DNA of 64,000 nt, from the NCBI GenBank assembly GCA_050633305.1, contig JBOEGF010000027.1, positions 31,403 to 95,402 on the forward strand. Direction: 5' to 3'. Below are positions 40,305 through 49,518 of this stretch, piece by piece (position 1 is the stretch's first letter; every line of letters starts with the position of its first letter). The position numbers and the translations under genes were made by a program. Below the pieces are notes generated by a model that was not told where the DNA came from, ran no database searches, and was given only the letters and a program-made list of their open reading frames with translations. Origin of the DNA: Nannocystales bacterium (GTDB taxonomy: Bacteria > Myxococcota_A > Polyangia > Nannocystales > Nannocystaceae).

Positions 40305-40349
40305 GGCCCAAGCGTAGCAGGCGCTCCCCGGCGCGTGACCCAGCGCGCC

Positions 40350-40398
40350 TTGCATATACCCCAGGGGGGTTTATGCTCTACATACCCCCTGAGGGTAT
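40350..40398 (+). promoter_or_regulatory. sigma70-type promoter overlapped by two CsoR-type operators
   Basis: TTGCAT-N16-TATGCT; C-tract/G-tract pseudopalindromes ATACCCCAGGGGGGTTT (40356-40372) and ATACCCCCTGAGGGTAT (40382-40398). Confidence 0.8.
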
Positions 40399-40404
40399 CT
40401 CATC

Positions 40405-40692
40405 ATGCTCGACCCCACGACCAAACGAAAGCTGACCGCCCGACTCAAGCGCGCGGAGGGGCAGATTGCCGCGCTGCGGCGCATGCTCGAAGAAGATGCG
40501 TACTGCGTCGATGTGCTCCTGCAGATCAGCGCCGCACAGGGAGCCTTGGGCAAAGCGGGCCAGGTCCTCCTCGGCGAGCACATCCGAACCTGCGTCGCGG
40601 ATGCCTTTGCGACCGGAGACGAAGTCGACCGTGACGAGAAGGTGGACGAGCTGATGGACGTGTTCTCGCGATATGGAGGTCTAGGACGATGA
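40405..40692 (+). CDS. csoR: CsoR/RcnR-family metal-sensing repressor
   Basis: RLKRAEGQI..YCVDVLLQISA..EHIRTCV, giving the C-H-C ligand set of copper-sensing CsoR. Confidence 0.88.
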   Translation: MLDPTTKRKLTARLKRAEGQIAALRRMLEEDAYCVDVLLQISAAQGALGKAGQVLLGEHIRTCVADAFATGDEVDRDEKVDELMDVFSRYGGLGR

Positions 40693-41930
40693 GTCCGTTC
40701 CTCCAGTCCGCGTGGGCCATCACGCTCGAGTTGGCCCCGTGGCTGTTGTTGGGGGCCATCATCGCCGGCGTGCTGCACGTCGCGTTACCCCCGGGCTTCG
40801 TCAAACGCGCCTTTGTCGGGCGCCGCGGTGTCTTGACGGCAGTGGCGCTCGGCGTGCCGCTCCCGCTTTGCTCATGCGGTGTCATCCCAGCCGGCCTGGG
40901 ACTCAAGAAGGACGGCGCAAGCGATGGTGCCGCGGTCGGGTTCCTCATCAGCACCCCACAGACCGGCGTCGACTCCGTGCTCGTCTCCGCCAGTTTTCTA
41001 GGCTGGCCGTTCGCGCTGTTCAAACTCGCCGCGGCCGGCATCACGGGGCTTGTCGGCGGTTGGCTGACCGATGCGATCACGGACGCCGACCCAGCCCCGC
41101 ACACGCCTGTCGCTTCCGTTGCTGCCCCACCACCGCGAACGCTGGGCGCGGCGTGGACCCACTCCGTGGAAGTGCTTCGGTCCATCTGGAAATGGTTGTT
41201 GTTCGGTGTGCTGCTCTCGGCGTTCATCACCACTGTCATGCCGCCGTCCTGGCTCGCGAGCATCGGCGAGGAGAACCACCTCATCGCGCTCGGCATGGCG
41301 CTGCTGATCTCCATTCCACTGTATGTCTGCGCGACCGCGTCCGTCCCGATCGCCGCCGCGCTGGTCGCCGGAGGACTCCCCGCCGGTGCCGCACTGGTGT
41401 TTCTGATGGCCGGACCAGCCACCAACCTCGCGACGTTGGGCGCCGTGTACCGCACCTTGGGCCGCAAGGCGCTGACGGTCTACCTCAGCACCATCGTGCT
41501 CGGCTCTGTCGTCCTCGCGTATGCCTTCGACGCTCTGTTCCCGCTGTCGATCTCCGCGCCGCACCAGCATGTGCACGAGGCCTCACTGCTCGCGCAGGCC
41601 ACGGCCGCACTTCTGGTCGGCATGTTGGTCTGGTTCGCAACCGAAGATGTCCGGGCCTGGCTCAGCCGCCGCACCGCCGCGACGCCCAGCTCTGCCTCCC
41701 TCACAGTGGCCGTCGACGGGATGACCTGCCAAGGCTGCGTTCGGAAGCTGACCCGGGTCCTCGGCGAGGATGATCGCGTCGAGTCCGTGACGGTCGAGCT
41801 CGAGCCGGGCTCCGCGACGGTCGAGGGTCAGCTCGACACCGACGCATTGGCCGCGCTCGTCCGCGACGCAGGATTCGAGCCCCGAGAAGCGTCGCGGCCG
41901 CTCCAAGCGGTGCCGGGGGCTCCGCTCTAG
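40689..41930 (+). CDS. DUF318 / ArsP-family permease fused to a C-terminal HMA domain
   Basis: PLCSCGVIP, ISTPQTGVD, YVCATASVP, AGPATN; C-terminal GMTCQGC. Confidence 0.88.
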   Translation: MSPFLQSAWAITLELAPWLLLGAIIAGVLHVALPPGFVKRAFVGRRGVLTAVALGVPLPLCSCGVIPAGLGLKKDGASDGAAVGFLISTPQTGVDSVLVSASFLGWPFALFKLAAAGITGLVGGWLTDAITDADPAPHTPVASVAAPPPRTLGAAWTHSVEVLRSIWKWLLFGVLLSAFITTVMPPSWLASIGEENHLIALGMALLISIPLYVCATASVPIAAALVAGGLPAGAALVFLMAGPATNLATLGAVYRTLGRKALTVYLSTIVLGSVVLAYAFDALFPLSISAPHQHVHEASLLAQATAALLVGMLVWFATEDVRAWLSRRTAATPSSASLTVAVDGMTCQGCVRKLTRVLGEDDRVESVTVELEPGSATVEGQLDTDALAALVRDAGFEPREASRPLQAVPGAPL

Positions 41931-42118
41931 CGGGCGCAGACGCTCACCGCCCACACGATGACCCCGCCGGCACGCGACGACGGTGGACTCCGACGGCGAA
42001 CTCCGGGGTCAACAACCCTGTCACAAGCGTGCGAGGCCCCAAAACGTGAGCCGGCGACTTCTGATGCGCCCAAACTGCCCGTGTCTGGGCTTGCGCACGC
42101 TCCTATACTGCCGGCCTC

Positions 42119-43798
42119 ATGACCGAGCCCAAGGACGAATCCGCTGCCCCAAACTTCGTGCGAGACATCATCGCCGACGACCTCCAGTCGGGGAAACACC
42201 AGCAGATCGTCACGCGCTTCCCGCCCGAGCCCAACGGCTACCTCCACATCGGCCACGCCAAGGCGATCTGCGTCGACTTCGGACTCGCCAAAGAGTTCGG
42301 GGGCCGCTGCAACCTCCGGTTCGACGACACCAACCCGGTCAAGGAGGAGACCGAGTTCGTCGAGTCGATCAAAGAGGACATCAAGTGGCTCGGCTTCGAG
42401 TGGAGTGAGATCCACTTCACCTCGGACTACTTCGAGCAGCTCTACGCGTGGGCCGAGGACCTGATCTCCGCCGGCAAGGCCTATGTCGATAGCCAGAGCC
42501 CCGAGGAGATGAAGGCCAACCGGGGCGACTTCGGGACGCCGGGGACCAACAGTCCACACCGCGACCGCTCGGTCGAAGAGAACCTCGACCTGTTCCGGCG
42601 GATGAAGGCCGGCGAGTTCGACAATGGCGCGCACGTTCTGAGGGCCAAGATCGACATGGCCAGCCCGAACATGAACCTGCGCGATCCATCGCTGTACCGG
42701 ATCCTCAAGGCGCACCACCACCGGACGGGCGATGCCTGGTGTATCTACCCGACGTACGACTTCGCCCACGGCCAGTCCGACGCGATCGAGCACATCACGC
42801 ACTCGCTGTGCACGCTCGAGTTCGAAGCTCACCGCCCCCTGTACGAGTGGTTCATGGACAACCTCGAGGTGCCCGCCACCCCGCGGCAGATCGAGTTCGC
42901 CCGACTCAATTTCACGTACACCGTGATGAGCAAGCGCAAGCTCCGACAGCTGGTCGAAGAGGGGCATGTGAGCGGCTGGGACGACCCGCGTATGCCGACC
43001 CTCTCCGGCATGCGTCGGCGCGGGTTCTCCCCTGCTGCGCTGCGCAACCTCTGCGAGCGGGTCGGCGTCTCCAAGCGCAACAGCTTCATCGACATCAGCC
43101 TGCTCGAGCACGCTGTGCGCGAAGACCTCAACGAACACTCGCCGCGGTACATGGGCGTCATGCGTCCGCTCGAGGTCGTGCTGGAGAACTTCCCCGAGGG
43201 CCACACCGAGTGGTTCGAGGCTCCGCAGTTCCCCGGGCGTGAAGACGGTGGCGGCATCCGGCGCATTCCGCTGACCAAGACGGTGCTCGTCGAGCACGAC
43301 GACTTCCTCGAGGTGCCCGTCAAGAAGTGGCGCCGACTCGCGCCGGGTATGGAAGTCCGCCTCCGCTACGCAGCACTGATCACATGCAAGGAGGTGGTCA
43401 AGAACGACGCCGGCGAGGTCACCCGACTGATCTGCACCTGGGACCCCGAGGCCAAAGGGGGCAACCCTGCGGATGGACGCAAGGTCAAAGGCACACTGCA
43501 CTGGGTCAGTGCGGAGCACGGCCTTCCCGCGACCGTGCAGAACTACGATCGCTTGTTCACCGTCGAGTCACCGGGCTCCGGAGACAGCAACTTCCTTGAG
43601 CAGATCAACCCGGACTCGCTCGAGACCCTTGAAGACGCTCGGGTCGAGCCCGCGCTGGCCGAGGCCGCGGCAGGAACGCGCATCCAGTTCGAGCGGCTCG
43701 GGTACTACTGCTTCGATCAGGTGTCGAAGCCTGGCGCCCTGCGAATCAACCGCACGATCACGCTGCGAGACACCTGGGCCAAGCCCGGCAAGTCCTGA
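42119..43798 (+). CDS. glnS: Glutamine--tRNA ligase
   Basis: RFPPEPNGYLHIGH, DDTNP, MSKRK, WDDPRMPT, QFERLGYY. Confidence 0.97.
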   Translation: MTEPKDESAAPNFVRDIIADDLQSGKHQQIVTRFPPEPNGYLHIGHAKAICVDFGLAKEFGGRCNLRFDDTNPVKEETEFVESIKEDIKWLGFEWSEIHFTSDYFEQLYAWAEDLISAGKAYVDSQSPEEMKANRGDFGTPGTNSPHRDRSVEENLDLFRRMKAGEFDNGAHVLRAKIDMASPNMNLRDPSLYRILKAHHHRTGDAWCIYPTYDFAHGQSDAIEHITHSLCTLEFEAHRPLYEWFMDNLEVPATPRQIEFARLNFTYTVMSKRKLRQLVEEGHVSGWDDPRMPTLSGMRRRGFSPAALRNLCERVGVSKRNSFIDISLLEHAVREDLNEHSPRYMGVMRPLEVVLENFPEGHTEWFEAPQFPGREDGGGIRRIPLTKTVLVEHDDFLEVPVKKWRRLAPGMEVRLRYAALITCKEVVKNDAGEVTRLICTWDPEAKGGNPADGRKVKGTLHWVSAEHGLPATVQNYDRLFTVESPGSGDSNFLEQINPDSLETLEDARVEPALAEAAAGTRIQFERLGYYCFDQVSKPGALRINRTITLRDTWAKPGKS

Positions 43799-43856
43799 CC
43801 ACCGCGACTCCACCCCAACTCCACATCGCTCGACGCCTCGAGTCCCGAGCGACCGC

Positions 43857-46373
43857 TCATCCAAGGTATCGCTGGACGACCTCTCGTAGCCGCGCCTCAG
43901 GTACCGGCTTCGTGAGGAAGTCGGAGCACCCCGCGTCGCGGCACGCGTCACGCGAGCGCTGCCCGGTTTCTCCCGTCAGCGCGATGACCGGGACGGAGCG
44001 CCACGCGGGCCGGACGCGGAGCTGCGCTGCGGTCTCGAGCCCAGAGATCCCCGGCAGGTTGAGGTCGAGGAACACCATGGACACCAGACCGTGCTCGAAC
44101 CGCTCCAACGCCTCCTCGCCCGAACCCGCATACTCGACCACAAGCCCACCGATTCGGTTCAAGCGCAGGCCGGTCAGCGCCCGCAGGTCCGGAGAGTCAT
44201 CGACCACAAGCACGACCGGCTCTGGCGACATCCAGCGCGAGATCGTCTCGGCAAGGACCGACACGGGGCACGGCTTGGTGAGGAACGCGTCGATTCCAAC
44301 CGTCGCGCATCGATTCCGGTGCTCGCTCTGCGCATGGGCCGAGAGCGCAATGATCGAGGTACGCCGACGCTCTGTCCGCTCCTCGAGTGTCCGGTACGCC
44401 CGTGCAAAGGCAAACCCATCGACCGACGGCATGCCGATGTCGGTGATGATCAGATCGTAGGGCCGAAGCCGGGCCTTCTCCAACGCCATGCGCCCATCGG
44501 AGGCCGTCTCGACGGCGACATCGAGGTCGGTGAGCTGCCAACGAACGATCTCTCGGTTGTCGGGATCGTCGTCGACCAAGAGGACCGTCGGCCTGGGCTG
44601 GTCCGGAGAGGACCTCCGTCCCCTCCCCGACGCGACGAGACCAGAGGGCTGCTCTTCGCGGCCCCCTTCGGACGTGCCCTCTGTCAGGGCGCAAGCGATC
44701 GCCGTGGAGCGTAGCGGCTTGGCCAGTTGCCGACGAACGCCCAGCCGACTCGCCGCCTCTCGGTCGAGAGGTTGCCGGCTAAACGCGCGGACCCACACCG
44801 ACGACGCGGTGGCTTCGTGGTCCGACAAGACCTGCGCGAGCCCGACCTCAGAGATCCCAATCCCGTCCGCGTCGTAGAGCACCACGTCGACCCCGTCGAG
44901 TCCCTCAAACCACGCGGGGTCCAGCTGAGCCGGCGAGTGTAAGAACACTTTCGCCCCAAGCCCCTCGAGGAGTCGTTGCACCGGGTCCGCGGCGACGGGG
45001 CTGCTCCCCAGCAGCGCCACAGACACCCCCGACAACGTCGCGTGGGAGCGCCGTGGGGCTGCGACCCGCTCTCCGGTCACAACCGCGTGTGGGCACGTGA
45101 GCGTAAACCGAGAGCCCTGCCCCACCGCGCTCGAAACGGACAGGCTGCCATCCATCATGCGAGCCAATTCGTGGCAAATGGCCAGTCCCAGACCCGTGCC
45201 GGCGATCGAAGGCGCGCCCTGCCGCGAGACCCGGTAGAAGCGCTCGAAGATGCGTGGCTGGTCGGTTGTCGAGATCCCGCGTCCGGTGTCCTCGACCTCG
45301 TACTCCACGGTCGCTGTTCCCCCAACGTTTTCGAGACACCGCGCTCGAACGACAACATGCCCGTGGGTCGTGAACTTGATCGCGTTGGTCAGCAGGTTTG
45401 TGACGATCTGTCGGACTCGGTGTGGGTCCCCCCGCAGCGTCGGGGGCAACCGCAGGTCGACGTCGGCCACCATCTCCAATCCGGCCTCGTGCGCCCGCGA
45501 AGCAAACGTCTCGACAACATCCTCCACCAGGAGCACGGGGTCGAACTCTTCGGTTTCGATACGAATCTCCCCAGCCTCGAGTTTGGACACGTCGAGAAGG
45601 TCCGTGATCTGATGGAGCATGCTCGACGCGTTGAGGCGTAGGCGTCGCAGCAAGCGGGACTGGTCGTCATCGAGCCGCGTTGTGTCCATCAGCTCCGCAG
45701 CGCCGACGACGACGCTCAACGGCGTCCGGAGCTCGTGGCTCATCATCGCGAGGAACTTGGTCTTCTCTTGGTTCGCGGACTCGGCGGCCTGGCGAGCCTC
45801 GTCGAGTTGACGGGCAACTTGCTCCTGTGTCGTCACGTCGCGGTACAGCCACATGTGCCCGTGCGACTCGCCCCTCGACACGACCGGGATGTAGTCGCGC
45901 TCGAGTTCTCGTCCGTCCCGCATTTGCAGGCGCTCCCCCGCGACCGGCTCCCCTCGAGCGATCCGCTCCTCGACCGTCCGTAGGAACCCATCAGGATCGG
46001 CGAACAACGTCGCCGAGCGATGGCCCGCTTCCTTACAGTCGGCACCCACCAACGCATCTGGCGTGGCAGGCACAGAGAACATCTCGCACAGCAGGGGGTT
46101 GGCCAATAACACTCGACGGCCCGCGTCCTCGACCAACACCCCGACGGGAAGTCGTTGGATCAGGGTCCGCAACCGATGGTTAGCCCCCCGGATTTCCTCG
46201 GTCCGCTGCTCGATGACCCGCTCCAGGCCCCGATTGAGAGCGCGCAACTGCTCGCTGGCGACAAACAACTCTCGGCCCCTCTCCTCGAGCAGGCGCTCGG
46301 CGTCCTTCCGCGCCCGCCGCTCGCGGTCCAACGCTCGGCGTAGAACCTCCTCGCTCGAGCTCGACGCGGTCAC
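43857..46373 (-). CDS. Cytoplasmic hybrid histidine kinase (coiled coil-PAS-HisKA-HATPase, then one degenerate and two intact REC domains)
   Basis: SHELRTPL, NLLTNAIKFT, DTGRG, GTGLGL, VDDD..DIGMP..KP, VDDS..DLNLP..KP; no TM helix. GTG start at 46373 follows GAGGAGG. Confidence 0.9.
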   Translation of the reverse strand: MTASSSSEEVLRRALDRERRARKDAERLLEERGRELFVASEQLRALNRGLERVIEQRTEEIRGANHRLRTLIQRLPVGVLVEDAGRRVLLANPLLCEMFSVPATPDALVGADCKEAGHRSATLFADPDGFLRTVEERIARGEPVAGERLQMRDGRELERDYIPVVSRGESHGHMWLYRDVTTQEQVARQLDEARQAAESANQEKTKFLAMMSHELRTPLSVVVGAAELMDTTRLDDDQSRLLRRLRLNASSMLHQITDLLDVSKLEAGEIRIETEEFDPVLLVEDVVETFASRAHEAGLEMVADVDLRLPPTLRGDPHRVRQIVTNLLTNAIKFTTHGHVVVRARCLENVGGTATVEYEVEDTGRGISTTDQPRIFERFYRVSRQGAPSIAGTGLGLAICHELARMMDGSLSVSSAVGQGSRFTLTCPHAVVTGERVAAPRRSHATLSGVSVALLGSSPVAADPVQRLLEGLGAKVFLHSPAQLDPAWFEGLDGVDVVLYDADGIGISEVGLAQVLSDHEATASSVWVRAFSRQPLDREAASRLGVRRQLAKPLRSTAIACALTEGTSEGGREEQPSGLVASGRGRRSSPDQPRPTVLLVDDDPDNREIVRWQLTDLDVAVETASDGRMALEKARLRPYDLIITDIGMPSVDGFAFARAYRTLEERTERRRTSIIALSAHAQSEHRNRCATVGIDAFLTKPCPVSVLAETISRWMSPEPVVLVVDDSPDLRALTGLRLNRIGGLVVEYAGSGEEALERFEHGLVSMVFLDLNLPGISGLETAAQLRVRPAWRSVPVIALTGETGQRSRDACRDAGCSDFLTKPVPEARLREVVQRYLG

Positions 46374-46377
46374 GACC

Positions 46378-46932
46378 TCATGCCTCCTCGCGCATGGAGA
46401 GGCGGAACTCGTGCCGATCTCCGACTTCGGCCTCGAGCGCGCGTCGCTCGACGAGAATTGGCTCTCCAAATCGAGCCACCGACGCCCGAATCATCGCGGC
46501 AGCAAAGTCCGCAAGGCATCGGTGTGAGCGGTAGACCACCCGGAGACTTCCGTCGGGCTCGCGAACGCAGTCAAAGCGCGGCGGTTCCGCTGCGGGGTGG
46601 AGCGTGCGGACCGTGGCGTGAATGGTGGGCTCAAGCTGTTCGAGGAGCTCGAACGTGCCGGACGCGCCAGCCGCCGCGCTGGCTTCGGGGCGCTCGAGAA
46701 GCGCGCTGAGAAGATCGGTGGCGAAGTGCTGCACGACTTCGCCCAGCTCCTCTCCGGTCTCCTTCGAGAGGCCGACGATAATTCGTAGCAGTTCTCGGTG
46801 GTCGTACCGGGCCACCGCGGTGTAGCTCCCTCCGGTTGAGGTTTCGGCCCCCGCCAGCGCGGCGTCAACGGCCTCCAGACCATAGCGGCGCTCTGCGGAT
46901 TCGAGCAACTCGGTAAACACCAGGCCCATCAT
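46378..46932 (-). CDS. H-NOX heme NO-binding protein
   Basis: MMGLVF N-terminus, proximal His (TIHATV), PP motif (AEPPRF), YxSxR (YRSHR). Confidence 0.9.
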   Translation of the reverse strand: MMGLVFTELLESAERRYGLEAVDAALAGAETSTGGSYTAVARYDHRELLRIIVGLSKETGEELGEVVQHFATDLLSALLERPEASAAAGASGTFELLEQLEPTIHATVRTLHPAAEPPRFDCVREPDGSLRVVYRSHRCLADFAAAMIRASVARFGEPILVERRALEAEVGDRHEFRLSMREEA

Positions 46933-47258
46933 GCCTCGACCCCTCCGACCAGCTCCTCGAGCCATTGCACCCATTGCGCAACACCTGCGGCACACCGCTC
47001 GACTTCCGCGAGTTCGCGCTTCTCCGCGTGCTGCTGGAGTTCGACTGCGAGTTCCCCAAGCTCGGTGAACCCGTACGACTGAGCAGTCCCGCTGATGCGA
47101 TGTCCCACCCGCGCGGCAAGATCGAGCGCACCCACATCAAGCGCAGCTCGCAGTTCTGCCAAGTCGGCACGCCGGGTCGACAGGAACAGAGGCATCAGCG
47201 CTCTCGCATCCGGGTCGAGCGTATTCGGGTCGAAACGACGGTGGGCGGCGCTCGTCAT
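46929..47258 (-). CDS. Hpt phosphotransfer protein
   Basis: GHRISGTAQSYGF..LGELA..L Hpt motif; ATGA overlap with the H-NOX gene. Confidence 0.85.
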   Translation of the reverse strand: MTSAAHRRFDPNTLDPDARALMPLFLSTRRADLAELRAALDVGALDLAARVGHRISGTAQSYGFTELGELAVELQQHAEKRELAEVERCAAGVAQWVQWLEELVGGVEA

Positions 47259-47381
47259 CGCCCGTCCTCTCGAACGCCTCCGATAGAGGTTCGTGCTCGC
47301 GCGTGCCGTATAGGGACGAATGACCCCATGACACCCACGTGGGGACGGTTTCCGAGCTCGCGCTTCACGACTCAGACACTA

Positions 47382-47398
47382 AGCAAAGTCCAAGCCAA
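47382..47398 (-). promoter_or_regulatory. sigma54 -24/-12 promoter for the hpt-hnox-kinase operon
   Basis: Minus strand reads TTGGCTTGGACTTTGCT (GG-N10-GC). Confidence 0.65.
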
Positions 47399-47488
47399 CG
47401 TTGGGGTACCCGGTGACACCATGAACGGGCCACATTTGTCCGGCTTGTCTCCGGCTGGATCAATCGGCATCCCAGCCGGTCCGATGTT

Positions 47489-47503
47489 GGCTCAAATTGA
47501 GAC
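47489..47503. promoter_or_regulatory. Candidate enhancer palindrome
   Basis: GGCTCA-AAT-TGAGAC, 11/12 match to GTCTCA-N3-TGAGAC. Confidence 0.55.
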
Positions 47504-47525
47504 CGGCCGGACACGAGTCCCGCGG

Positions 47526-47541
47526 TGGCACACTTCCTGCT
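47526..47541 (+). promoter_or_regulatory. sigma54 -24/-12 promoter of the activator gene
   Basis: TGGCACACTTCCTGCT (GG-N10-GC). Confidence 0.65.
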
Positions 47542-47556
47542 AAACCACATGGGACC

Positions 47557-48993
47557 GTGTCGCGACATGCCAATGCAGCCAGTACGACCTCCGCTTCCAC
47601 CGAAGCCGAGCGGTCGGACGATGCGCTCGTGTTCGTTGTGGACGACGACCCCTCCGCGGCGCAACTGATCGCCCGATGGCTGGATACGGCGGGCTTTCAG
47701 CCCGAGATTCATGCCTCCGCAGAGTCTCTGCTCAACGCCTTCTCGTGTTCGTTACCCGACGCCGTCTGTCTTGACCTCGGGCTCCCCGGAATGAGCGGCC
47801 ACGACGCCCTCCGCGTGATTCGGCGGCGTCACCGCACAGTCCCCGTCATCGTGATGACGGGCGAGCGCGACCCCTCGACGGTCGTGGCCACCATGCAGGA
47901 CGGCGCCTACGACTACCTCGCGAAGCCCTTGGACCGGACGAAGGTCACCGCATCGGTCCGCAACGCGGTCGACACTCATCGGCTGCAAACGCAGGTTCAG
48001 CAGCTCCAACGGGACGCCGAGAGCAACGCATTCTCCGGCATCCTGGGCCGGTCGAATGCCATGCGAGGCCTATTCCGCCAACTCGACCGTGTGGCGGCGA
48101 GCGACATTACCGTGCTGATCCAAGGTGAAAGCGGCACCGGAAAGGAGCTTGTTGCGCACGGGATTCACGACAACAGCGCGCGGAGCAACGGCCCCCTCAT
48201 CGCCGTCAACTGCGCCGCAATCCCGCAGTCTCTACAAGATGCCGAGCTGTTTGGGCACGAGAAGGGCGCTTTCACGGGCGCCGACCGTTCTCGGCCTGGC
48301 CGATTCGAACAGGCGGACGGTGGCACCCTGTTTCTCGATGAGGTCGCCGAGCTCTCCGCCGAACTCCAGGCGAAGTTGCTCCGCGTACTTCAGGAGCGTC
48401 GTTTCGAGCGCGTCGGCGGGACCAAGACTCTCTCCACCGATTTTCGACTGGTGGCGGCAACCCATCGCGACCTTGCCAAGATGGTTGAAGCTGGAGAGTT
48501 CCGACAGGATCTCTTCTTTCGATTGGCCGTGCTCGAGCTGAGCGTCCCACCGCTGCGCGAGCGGGAGGGCGACGTCGAACTCCTCGCGGCTCAGTTCATT
48601 CACGAGCTCGCCTCCGAAGCAGGACGGCCGCCCCCTCGTCTGAGCCCCGCCGTCCAGGCCGTGCTCCGCTCCTACGCATGGCCGGGCAACGTCCGCGAAC
48701 TTCGCAACACGCTCCAACGCGGCTTGGTCGTATGTGAGGGAGATTCGATCGAGCTGGCTGACCTTCCTCCGCGACTGCACGCGAGTCTCGAGCTGCCCGA
48801 ACCCGTCCTGACATCCGCACCCAGCGAGACGGCTGCCGTCGTCGCCCGGGGCGGGTCGTTGGCAGATATTGAGCGAGCGGCCATCGAGGAGGCGTTGCGC
48901 GCCACGGGTGGGAACCTGTCGGAGGTCACTCGGCGGCTCGGCATCGGTCGCGCGACCCTGTACCGCCGACTCAAGAAGTACAACCTGCGCTGA
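47557..48993 (+). CDS. NtrC-family sigma54-dependent response regulator (REC-AAA+-Fis HTH)
   Basis: VDDD / [48 protein letters not shown]. Start codon uncertain. Confidence 0.95.
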   Translation: MSRHANAASTTSASTEAERSDDALVFVVDDDPSAAQLIARWLDTAGFQPEIHASAESLLNAFSCSLPDAVCLDLGLPGMSGHDALRVIRRRHRTVPVIVMTGERDPSTVVATMQDGAYDYLAKPLDRTKVTASVRNAVDTHRLQTQVQQLQRDAESNAFSGILGRSNAMRGLFRQLDRVAASDITVLIQGESGTGKELVAHGIHDNSARSNGPLIAVNCAAIPQSLQDAELFGHEKGAFTGADRSRPGRFEQADGGTLFLDEVAELSAELQAKLLRVLQERRFERVGGTKTLSTDFRLVAATHRDLAKMVEAGEFRQDLFFRLAVLELSVPPLREREGDVELLAAQFIHELASEAGRPPPRLSPAVQAVLRSYAWPGNVRELRNTLQRGLVVCEGDSIELADLPPRLHASLELPEPVLTSAPSETAAVVARGGSLADIERAAIEEALRATGGNLSEVTRRLGIGRATLYRRLKKYNLR

Positions 48994-49069
48994 GGCCCCG
49001 CAGGCCTGGACGACGGCAAGCCCAGGCGCGCTCGAAGCGGGCAACGAGAATCCGGAAAAACCGCGACGG

Positions 49070-49085
49070 CGGCACGCTCTTTGCT
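49070..49085 (+). promoter_or_regulatory. sigma54 -24/-12 promoter
   Basis: CGGCACGCTCTTTGCT (GG-N10-GC). Confidence 0.7.
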
Positions 49086-49098
49086 TCCATGGGTTGGT

Positions 49099-49518
49099 GT
49101 GCACGCCATCCACCTGCCTGTTCATCCTTCGCCGCACCAACCCGCGGTCCTTGTCGTCGACGACGACCCATCCGTCACCGCCCTGGTCTCGCGATGGCTG
49201 CGTCGACAGCGGCGCGCGAGAGTTCATGTCGCACACGACGGTCCGACCGCGATCCGAATCGCCGCCACCGAGCGGGTCGACGCGGTGTTCAGCGACATCG
49301 AACTCCTCGATGAGAACGGGGTCGACCTGGTCCGCGTCCTCCAGGTCGTCTCCCCCGCACTGCCCTTGTGTCTGATGAGTGCCCGAATGACGCGGGAGCA
49401 AGCACTCCGCGCTCACTCGGTCCGCGTCTCCCGATTCGTCGCCAAGCCTCTATCCAGTGAGCTCATCGTCGACCGGCTCGATGCGATGTTGGAATCGCCG
49501 TCGTTCGCGGCTCCCTGA
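49099..49518 (+). CDS. Stand-alone receiver-domain response regulator
   Basis: VLVVDDD, FSDIEL, LMSA, FVAKP. Confidence 0.8.
   Translation: MHAIHLPVHPSPHQPAVLVVDDDPSVTALVSRWLRRQRRARVHVAHDGPTAIRIAATERVDAVFSDIELLDENGVDLVRVLQVVSPALPLCLMSARMTREQALRAHSVRVSRFVAKPLSSELIVDRLDAMLESPSFAAP

Noticed and set aside
41927..43519. 530-aa minus-strand ORF
   Set aside because: Antisense shadow of glnS.
47293..47308. sigma54-like CGGCACGCGCGAGC on the minus strand
   Set aside because: GG-to-GC spacing is 9 rather than 10; a correctly spaced motif exists at 47382.
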